Notes under the pieces: model-generated
The model's database searches: none
Told to the model about the DNA's origin: nothing
Seen by the model: only the letters and a program-made list of their open reading frames with translations
In this document: piece by piece, positions 56,040 through 64,000 of the stretch
How positions within the stretch are numbered: position 1 is the stretch's first letter
Layout of the letters: every line of letters begins with the position of its first letter
Assembly: GCA_963782525.1 (NCBI GenBank)
Contig: CAWAKC010000009.1
Location: forward strand, 176,727 to 240,726
DNA from: Candidatus Bathyarchaeota archaeon
Lineage (GTDB): Archaea > Thermoproteota > Bathyarchaeia > Bathyarchaeales > Bathycorpusculaceae
Direction: 5' to 3'
Length of the DNA: 64,000 bases
Translations under genes and position numbers: made by a program

Positions 56040-57133
56040 ATGAACCATACCGACGCTATTTTTGCAAGTAAACCTGCAAAACGGAGAATCAGAAAACAAA
56101 GCCGCAAGTTTAGCTTCTCATTTTATCAAGCGCTTTATGCTCCGATAGTTTTAAGCAAAGCAATTTACCGCCAAGTTATTCTGCTGTCAATAATGTTTGT
56201 CGGTGGAGCGGCAATTTTCGCTCATTATGATCATCTTCCAATTATCAATGCCCTTCTTGCCTCGGTTTCAACTATTACTACCATAGGTCTATTCGTTCCC
56301 AACGGCGGCAATTTCTTTACCATTAATCAAACGGAATCAGTACTCTTAATTATCTTAATAATAATATCCGTAGGCGCAGGCGCATCCATATTGCAAAGTA
56401 GTGTAAGTACTATAGTTAATGGTAACCTAGCCAAAGATGAAGCAGAGAAGCAGATGATAAAAAGGTTGAAAAAACACGCTATAGTCTTTGGATACAGCCA
56501 TCTCGGCAGATATGTAACCGAAAAGCTTGAGGACTTGGGGTTTGATTACGTTATCATAACTAAAGACCCAGTTATCCACAATGAGTTGATCAAGAAAGAC
56601 ATTTTTGCAGTTCTAGAGTATGAAACTCAGCCAATAGTTGCATTGAAGGCTGCAGGGATAGAGAAAGCATCAATTATCATTGTTGCTCACGAGAAAGATG
56701 CGGATAACATGTTGATAATTCTTAGCGCACGAAAAATGCGCCCAGACATAAGAATAATAACCGTGGTTCATAATCAAAGCTTGACTGAAACTGCTAAAAA
56801 TGCGGGCGCCGATATGGTTATACCTGCCTCAGTTACAGTTGGCCATTGCTGGCGCTTTCTGCAGTTACCAAGGATCTGGTTGGCGTGGTTTTCTCTGAGA
56901 AAATTGGAACAAAGGAAATAGCAGAATTCTCCATTTTCAGATCGTCCAAACTTATCGGGAAAGGGCTGCAAGAGGTCGCAAAGTTCGCAGCTGTAATCGG
57001 TGTGGTACACGATGACAAGGTTGTAAACAACATTTTTGATCCTGATTTCACACTTAAAGAAAACGATACGCTGATCATTTTAGGAGACACTGAAAAGCTT
57101 CAAGAAATCGAAAAAGAAGCAAAAGCCCTTTAA
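56040..57133 (+). CDS. TrkA-domain (RCK) potassium channel-like protein, split by a -1 indel at about 56846
   Basis: TM-pore-TM, IVFGYSHLG, AGIEKA, AGAD, TrkA-C domain. Adding one T (cat ttg ctg) joins the two ORFs. Confidence 0.85.
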
Positions 57134-57198
57134 AAAATTCACCCATTTTCCCAAAACAGTCTTGTCATAATGTTATTGCTGACTTTACAGGTTTAGGT

Positions 57199-59739
57199 TT
57201 ACTTCTGCTCAGCAATCCGTTTCTGTTTCGCACTGAACGGCTTTTTTAAGTTTCTGAAGAAAGATACTTTTGTATGTGAAAATCTGGATGAGTCAACATA
57301 AGGTTGTCGTCCGTTGATCAGCGCTTCTTCATGCCCCATTAATCTGAAGAAGTGAATCTTTAGCTGGTCTGTTATCAGGAAGGCAAGCAGTGCGTATCCC
57401 CAGACGAAGGCGGCAAATCCCCAACCTATAGGACTCATAAATACACCGTAGACGGCAAACAATGTACCAATAACTTGGGTCACCTCTGTGGTTAAGAAGA
57501 GAACGCTGGCTGGAAGGGGGCGTTTCCAAAAGTGATTCACTCCTGTGCGCGCCAAATAAATAGTCAGATGCCCTGCAACGGCCATTTTTAAGAAGATCAC
57601 CGTCTGCAGTGTACTTAGGCTCATGTGGAATACGTTTAAACCAATTAGGAAGAGCCCAAAGCTTGAAACTACGCCAGTTGCTCCAAGCAGAGAAGCCACA
57701 ATCAATACTCCACGCATATTCCATCGAACCGGTTTCTCTTGCACCCTCACATTGTCGTATGCAATTGTCATAATGGGCATGTCATTTAGCAATGCAAGAA
57801 TCACTATCATAACAGCCGTTAACGGATAAAAATTGAAGGCGAGAATTGAAAGCGTCAGGAAAATTAACACTCGAGATGTCTCAGCTATGCGGTAGATGGC
57901 GTAATTAGTCATACGTTCAAAAATTTTGCGGCTCTCTTTTATCGCATCAATAATAACAGAAAGACCAGGTTTCGTAAGCACCACATCTGCCGCAGATTTA
58001 GCCGCGTCAGTCGCTCCGGCCACGGCAACCCCCGCATCTGCTTTCTTTAACGCTGGAGCGTCATTAACTCCATCGCCTGTCATGCCTACAATATGTCCTT
58101 TTTCTTGGAGAAGCTCAACAATGCGGTACTTATGCTCAGGAAAAACTTGAGCAAATCCATCTGCATTCTCAATTATGCCTTTTGCTTCACTATCGGGTTT
58201 GTCTATGAAAGAAGAAGCAGGTATTATGTTTGTGCCTAGATTAACTTCTTGAGCAATCTGCTTAGCTATAGCAATATGATCACCAGTAACCATTTTTACT
58301 CGCAAACCCATTTTTTGGGCTGTCTTTATAGTCTCAGCAGAATCTTCGCGGGGAGGGTCATAAATTGCAAGAAGACCAACGTATTGCCAGTTGCCTTCTT
58401 CGTCCCCCTTAATTACACCTAATGAGCGATGCCCTTTGCTTGCGAAAGTGTTTACAATTTCGTTAACTCGGCCTTCAATTTCTGCCTTGTTTGAAACAAG
58501 CGACAAAACAACCTGAGGCGCACCCTTTGCCACTTTGAAGCAACCATCATCACGGCTCTCCACCGTGGCTTCAGTCCTTTTCGAAACAGGGTCAAACGGC
58601 TTAAAATCAACAACACTGTATCGTCCAATAACATCGGCGACTACGTGAATCGACCTTGCTTTAGCGATTACTGCGTCATCGATCGGATCGTGGTTTTCTC
58701 CTCTGGAAGCCAACGCCCCATATAATAGGGCATCGTCGATTTCGAATTTGCCAAAAGGTTGCGCCTCTGCAACAGTAAGTTCATTCTTTGTTATTGTGCC
58801 TGTCTTGTCTGAACATAATACGTCAACTCCAGCCATTTCTTCAATTGAAACCAGCTTGCTTACGATCGCTTCTTTTTTAGCAAGGGAGATTGCTCCAATT
58901 GCCATCGTGACTGTCAAAACGGCGGGCAACGCTACAGGTATTGACGCAACAACTAAAACCAATGCAAACTGCAAAATAGCTAATGGATCGGCATGTCGAA
59001 AAAGAGCAGCGATAACAACTGCTGAAACCATTATTGCGGCGAGAATGATCAAGTAATTTCCTATTCTTACGACTGCTTTTTGGAAGTGGCTTACAGTTCT
59101 GGCTTCTGCAACTAATTTGGCGGTTTTGCCAAAAAAGCTGCTTATGCCTGTTGCCACGACGTAAGCGTCCATTTCGCCTTGCCTAATGATAGCTCCCGCA
59201 TAAGCGATGTCAGAAATGTGTTTTTCTACTGGCAGGGATTCACCGGTCAAAGCGGATTCATCGGCGAGCAAATAGGTACCTTTCATTAGTTTAACGTCAG
59301 CAGGGACAATGTCCCCCAAGCGAATCCGTACTATGTCTCCTGGGACAAGTTCCTTTGAGGGTATCTCACTCCACTTACCGTCTCTCAAAACTCGGGCTTT
59401 GGGAGCAAGTCGCTTTTTCAAAAGTTCAATGGCGTTGTCTGCTTTGCGTTCTTGCCAAAATCCCACGACAGCGTTCACAATTAACAACATAAAAATAATT
59501 GCAAAATCATCATAGTGCTGAATGATTATAGATAATACCGAAGCAATTTCTATCATCCAAGGAATGGGACCCCAGAAATAACCCATAAACTTGCGAAAAG
59601 CACTAACTTTCTTTTCTGGAATTTCATTGGTCCCGTATTGTTCAAGTTTTCTTGCGACTTCTTTAGAAGAGAGACCGGTCTTAACATAGTCTTCGAATGG
59701 CAAATCTTTGGTAGCCGTTCCTGCTTTCTCAGAAGCCAA
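57199..59739 (-). CDS. P-type H+-ATPase (P3A)
   Basis: WMIE, LTGES, PVALP, CSDKTGT, KGAP, DPPR, GDGVNDAPALK, YRIAETSR, LLND. Confidence 0.95.
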   Translation of the reverse strand: MASEKAGTATKDLPFEDYVKTGLSSKEVARKLEQYGTNEIPEKKVSAFRKFMGYFWGPIPWMIEIASVLSIIIQHYDDFAIIFMLLIVNAVVGFWQERKADNAIELLKKRLAPKARVLRDGKWSEIPSKELVPGDIVRIRLGDIVPADVKLMKGTYLLADESALTGESLPVEKHISDIAYAGAIIRQGEMDAYVVATGISSFFGKTAKLVAEARTVSHFQKAVVRIGNYLIILAAIMVSAVVIAALFRHADPLAILQFALVLVVASIPVALPAVLTVTMAIGAISLAKKEAIVSKLVSIEEMAGVDVLCSDKTGTITKNELTVAEAQPFGKFEIDDALLYGALASRGENHDPIDDAVIAKARSIHVVADVIGRYSVVDFKPFDPVSKRTEATVESRDDGCFKVAKGAPQVVLSLVSNKAEIEGRVNEIVNTFASKGHRSLGVIKGDEEGNWQYVGLLAIYDPPREDSAETIKTAQKMGLRVKMVTGDHIAIAKQIAQEVNLGTNIIPASSFIDKPDSEAKGIIENADGFAQVFPEHKYRIVELLQEKGHIVGMTGDGVNDAPALKKADAGVAVAGATDAAKSAADVVLTKPGLSVIIDAIKESRKIFERMTNYAIYRIAETSRVLIFLTLSILAFNFYPLTAVMIVILALLNDMPIMTIAYDNVRVQEKPVRWNMRGVLIVASLLGATGVVSSFGLFLIGLNVFHMSLSTLQTVIFLKMAVAGHLTIYLARTGVNHFWKRPLPASVLFLTTEVTQVIGTLFAVYGVFMSPIGWGFAAFVWGYALLAFLITDQLKIHFFRLMGHEEALINGRQPYVDSSRFSHTKVSFFRNLKKPFSAKQKRIAEQK

Positions 59740-59827
59740 GTAAAAAACACCTTTTGGATTGTTTTTTTAAGCGCTTGCTATCTTTTTAAGTTTTCCAAAA
59801 TGATGAGCAAACACAAGAATTTCGAAT

Positions 59828-60324
59828 TTAAATCACATAATCAAAATTCTTGAAATCAACATCTAAATCTATTAGCCTTTCGGGTTTGTCTGTCTTAAGA
59901 TCTTGAACAAGCTCAATTGTTGCTTTTGAATCAAGATGATACAGAGACCACAAATTCTCGACGACAAAAAGGTGGAAATCCAAGAACTGAATCCCACCAA
60001 CTTCAAAGTCCTTCAAAAGTTTGAGATAGCTCTTCGGTATCGCAATTCCATAGAAATCGCCCTGCCACGCTTTTTCATCTTTCGCACTACCTCACCTATT
60101 GCACACAAAATCTCTTTTTCCCGTGAGGAACCAGAACTTTCGCCTTCTCCCACAGCTTCAACCATAAAGTTTTCTTTATCTTTTATCGCATTTATACTAA
60201 CGCCAATCCCGTACTTGTGCACGGTTTTAACACTAGACCCTGCTCTTTCCAAATGCCCTTTAACGCAGTTAGCAACATCGGCCAAACTTAATAGCTCTTT
60301 AATTGGATAATCTTTTTTAATCAC
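59828..60324 (-). CDS. Hypothetical PD-(D/E)XK-fold-like protein split by an indel at about 60061
   Basis: GVSINAIKD...VEAVGE...AIGEVV..M then FYGIAIP.SY; adding one G in a GGG run joins the two ORFs. Confidence 0.5.
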
Positions 60325-60583
60325 GTATCTAAACCGCCCTAAAACTATTCTTAAAATGGAAGAAATCCACGTTAAGCGTTAGTCAGAAGTTGGGCATTCA
60401 ATTGTGCCTTAATAGTTCTATGTTTTGAGCACTATTAATCTATTGTGAAAAAGCTTTAACCCACTACTTAGTACAATAAATGTTTGGAGAAAAACGCCGA
60501 AAGTTTTCGGTTTTGCGGGGAAGATGCCGCCAAGCCTAAAGGGACTCATGTATTGTGCTGATGGCGGAAATCGTTGGTTGGAC

Positions 60584-61272
60584 TTAATAGTAATGCTTTA
60601 AGGGGTTTTGTGGGTCCGACGCCAACTTTACAAACGACGGAACTATGACGCTGTCCCAATCCGTTTCTGGTTTGCCTTCCTCAACTTGGTTAACATTGAT
60701 GCGGTGAATGTGAAGAGCATATTGCATTGCTTCGTCTTGTGGGTTCTCAAGCTCAAGCATCTGCTTAAGGCTTAAGTGTTCAAAGACTCTTCTAATCGGA
60801 CGCATTGAGTTGCCATGGCACGAGATAGCTACATTACCAGGATTCTGTCGAAGCCACCCTTCAAGTTGCACAACAAAGGGCAAAGTTCGACTTTCAACCA
60901 TCTTGAGGCTTTCACCGTCTGGAGGCGCAAAATCGTAACCTCGGTGAACTTTGGCAAACCACTCAGGTCTCTCTGCTGCATCTCAATCTTGCTTTTGCCC
61001 TGCAACGTACCATAACAACGCTCAATCAGGCGGTCGTCTATAAAAACTGGAACCTTGAGGTGCGGTTTAAGGACAATTTCAAGGGTTCTTTTAGCTCTCA
61101 ATAGATGTGAGGTAAATGCATAGTCAATTTTTTCGTGTTCTAGTTGTCGAGCTATCTCTTGTGCCTGTAAAAGTCCTTTCTGTGTTAAGTCTGGGTCACG
61201 CCAGCCTGAAAATATTTGGTTGCTGTTATCAGTGGTCTCAGCGTGTCTAAAGACGAACAGATTACAAATCAT
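60584..61272 (-). CDS. Histidine phosphatase, dPGM-like phosphoglycerate mutase, split by an indel at about 60966
   Basis: RHAET...FSGW.D..L, ERCYGTLQG, PPDGESL, CHGNSMR. Adding one C (gac cct gag tgg) restores the frame. Confidence 0.85.
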
Positions 61273-61281
61273 AAACCCTTT

Positions 61282-62676
61282 TCACCAAAATGTTGTCAGC
61301 ACAGAGGAGGCCGCAAATTCTCTTAATTCTTTTATTTTATGTATCTCTATTGAGTTGCTTGCATGCTCTATAGTGGTTCTCACACCTTCAGTGAACAAGA
61401 CCGTCTCTTCGTCGTCAACCAGATGCATTTCGCGGAGTCGGTTTGCAACTGTTAATAATCTATCTTTTTCCTCACGGTAGTTTATCAGAACAGGGTACAC
61501 ACCAAATATGAGCTCCAGTTGCTTTTTGACTTTTATTTCATGTGTGACAGCAATTATCGGCTGAGTAATCTTGAAGCGAGCAATCATTCTGGCTGTGTAT
61601 CCTGACCGCGTCAAAGGGATAACTTTGTGAATTGGCATACATTGACATATGTCTTGGATTGCCCTGCTTATCGTGTCCGAAATGTTGATGTAAGACGTAT
61701 CTTCAACTTTGCTCCTGACCGCTTTCTCTGTCTCATTGGCTATTCGAGTCATCATCTCAACCGTCTCTATAGGATACTGACCCATCGCGGTTTCTCCAGA
61801 AAGCATAACAGTGTCTGACCCATCGAGAATAGCGTTTGCAACATCACTGACTTCTGCCCTGGTTGGGTTAGGTTGATTAATCATCGATTCAAGCATCTCT
61901 GTTGCCGTAACAACAAGCTTACCCTTCTGATTGCACAGTTTAATTAGGGATTTCTGGACCAAAGGCACTTTTTCAGGTTCAATTTCAACACCCAAGTCCC
62001 CCCTTGCAACCATCAAGCCGCTAGCAAACTCCAAAATTTCTGCAACGTTTTGAACACCCTCAGAGTTCTCTATCTTGGCGATTATTCCGCCCCCAAAACT
62101 ATTGGTCTGGGACAAGTTTTTTACATCTTGTGCGTTTCTTGTGAATGAAAGGGCAATGTATTCGGCATCAATTTTCTTTGCAAAATTTATAATTTCCAGA
62201 TCTTTCTCGGAGAAGGTTGGAACTGAAAGATGTTTATTTGGGATGTTAACGCCCTTTCCATCATCGAAGGAGCCGCTGTTCAATGTTAGAAGCCGAAGTT
62301 TTCGATCTTTCTTTTCAATTACTTGTGTTCTAATTTTTCCGTTGTCAATGTACACTTCGTCATCAACACCCATTTCGTCGTAGATATCGTGATTAAAACA
62401 AATCTCCTCGTCGTTGAAGCCTACTTCTAAAATTTCTCCTTTGCTGAAGACTTTTCGTTTAGACATCCTGACTCTAATTTCTGGTCCCTTAACATCAATT
62501 ATAATTGGGATATCCGAAACTTCACGCACTGTTTCTATAACGGATTTGTATTGAGCGAGATTACCATAAGCGGTGTTTATCCTAACGCCATTCATGCCCG
62601 CTTGGAACATTTTTTCAACAACTTGCTTTGAAAAGCTGGCGGGTCCCAAAGTGCATACAATCTTTGTTTTCTTCAA
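61282..62676 (-). CDS. pyk: Pyruvate kinase
   Basis: TKIVCTLGPAS, DVKGPEIR, IIAKIE, MVARGDLG, ATEMLESM, PTRAEVSDV, MLSGETA. Confidence 0.97.
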   Translation of the reverse strand: MKKTKIVCTLGPASFSKQVVEKMFQAGMNGVRINTAYGNLAQYKSVIETVREVSDIPIIIDVKGPEIRVRMSKRKVFSKGEILEVGFNDEEICFNHDIYDEMGVDDEVYIDNGKIRTQVIEKKDRKLRLLTLNSGSFDDGKGVNIPNKHLSVPTFSEKDLEIINFAKKIDAEYIALSFTRNAQDVKNLSQTNSFGGGIIAKIENSEGVQNVAEILEFASGLMVARGDLGVEIEPEKVPLVQKSLIKLCNQKGKLVVTATEMLESMINQPNPTRAEVSDVANAILDGSDTVMLSGETAMGQYPIETVEMMTRIANETEKAVRSKVEDTSYINISDTISRAIQDICQCMPIHKVIPLTRSGYTARMIARFKITQPIIAVTHEIKVKKQLELIFGVYPVLINYREEKDRLLTVANRLREMHLVDDEETVLFTEGVRTTIEHASNSIEIHKIKELREFAASSVLTTFW

Positions 62677-62905
62677 AAAACATCTTCTCGTTGCAAATAG
62701 AATACTACACATTCTAAGTTAAGGTTAACTGCGAGTAATTATGCTTAGCTATGAAAATTTGTTCATGGCTGTTTTTAGAGAGGAGAACAATAGGCATTAT
62801 TTACCTCTTTTATGATTCACTTTGTAAATGTAGTTGCGTCTTCACAATCACAACTTGTTATAAGGTCTACCGCCTATCGTTGTATATTTCAGGTCGTGCC
62901 AATAT

Positions 62906-63265
62906 TTGTCCAAGACAGCCACAATTAAAGCGCATCCTATAGAAAAACAAAAAAACCTAAACCTTCTCAATACTATTACATTTGAAAATGGCTTTCATTT
63001 TTTTACGGAACTCGGTAAATTCACAGGAATTACGGCAATTAGTACTGTGGAGTTTGCCGAAAAACTCCAAACAGTACCCATTCAATCCGTTACATTCCAT
63101 TTTCAGCGTCAAGACTTTCAAAAATGGTTCAAAAACACAATTGGCGATGAAGAACTAGCAACAAGAATTAACCAAATTAAGGCAGGGTTCCGAGATGAAA
63201 ATTTGAGGAAAGCACTTTCTACAACGGTTCAAAATCGCATTGCCGAATTACAGCAACATCCCTAA
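62906..63265 (+). CDS. DUF5752-like protein
   Basis: GFHFFT...A.S..EF...L..V...S..FH..R.DFQKW....IGD.ELA. Confidence 0.75.
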   Translation: MSKTATIKAHPIEKQKNLNLLNTITFENGFHFFTELGKFTGITAISTVEFAEKLQTVPIQSVTFHFQRQDFQKWFKNTIGDEELATRINQIKAGFRDENLRKALSTTVQNRIAELQQHP

Positions 63266-63342
63266 ACATTTATCATGGATATCAAAAAAACAACATGCAC
63301 TTTTCCTTGAAAGTGAGATGCAATATAGTTAACATTAGGTAA

Positions 63343-64000
63343 GTGAAAAAGATGAAAATAGCATTTTATGAAGTAGAAGACTGGGAGGAAGAATACCTCA
63401 AAAAGAAGCTGAACGGTCACGTGCTTAAGTTCTCAAAAGAAAAACTAAACTTGGAAAAAACCTCAGAAATAAAAGATTTTGATGCTGTTTCAGTCTTCAT
63501 CTACTCCAAAATAGACGAGCCAATCATTCGAGAAATTCCAAATTTGAAATTAATAACAACAAGATCCACCGGCTTTGACCATATCGATTTAGAAACATGT
63601 AAGAAACAGGGGATCACTATCTGCAATGTGCCATCATACGGAGAGAACACTGTTGCCGAGCACACGTTTGCTTTGATTTTGTCCTTGTCGAGAAACATGT
63701 GCAAGGCATGCATTAGACGTTTTGAACAGAATTTCTCAATAGAGGGGTTAGAGGGGTTCGATTTGAAAAGGAAAAACTATAGGCGTCATAGGAACTTCAA
63801 CCCGGTCTGCACGTCATAAGGATTGCAAAAGGCTTTGGCATGAACGTTATAGCTAATGACGTCCGCCAAAACAAGCTCCTGTCTGAGGTCCTAGGGTTTG
63901 AATATGTTGCGCTGGAGGACCTTTTAGCTTAATCAGACGTAATTACTCTTCATGTACCCTACATGAAAGCAACACATCATTCTTATGAACAAAGATACAT
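63343..64000 (+). CDS. D-2-hydroxyacid (D-lactate-like) dehydrogenase, partial, several indels and a stop near the window end
   Basis: RSTGFDHID, NVPSYG..TVAEH, GFDL.GKTIGVIGT, GFGMNV, SDVITLHVP in shifting frames. Confidence 0.85.

Noticed and set aside
60495-60570. Possible riboswitch or ncRNA downstream of the mutase gene
   Set aside because: Two short stems (GCCGAAA/TTTCGGT and CCGCCA/TGGCGG) but no recognisable family consensus.
63760-64000. D-LDH pseudogene
   Set aside because: Errors cluster densely at the end of the window, as expected for low coverage near a contig end. True decay cannot be distinguished without reads.

Overview
Archaeal chromosomal DNA, most likely Bathyarchaeia (TACK), inferred from rpl13e, rps30e, nop5-fibrillarin, gatDE, elp3, RNase P proteins and C-terminally anchored PQQ/Kelch/NosD surface proteins. 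About 1-43 kb is mostly core genes: hcp, mdh, pyrB, aguAB, nop5/flpA, rnhB, tpiA, a glycogen debranching enzyme, galT, an ABC-2 exporter, the rpl15e operon, rio2, Lsm, gatDE and elp3. About 43-51 kb is an arsenic/stress cluster (acr3, arsR, arsC, P3A H+-ATPase). An intron-containing tRNA-Leu(CAG) at 50.9 kb is an integration site. Its 3' end is duplicated around a hicB-hicA pair of about 530 bp and is followed by an accessory region that looks like an acid-stress module (ClC-CBS, TrkA channel, second P3A ATPase, gpm, pyk, D-LDH). The most unusual items are: (1) a winged-HTH + ATP-cone + complete but catalytically dead class III ribonucleotide reductase, a probable nucleotide-sensing transcription factor; (2) two non-coding arrays of 7-9 closely packed, strand-biased hairpins at 10.8 and 51.6 kb; (3) the integrase-less mini TA element; (4) a GAR/RGG tail on Nop5 directly abutting fibrillarin; (5) an eL15-type structured leader. 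Many single-base indels fall in short homopolymers, which suggests long-read assembly errors rather than true pseudogenes. All homology calls come from motif recognition, not database searches.
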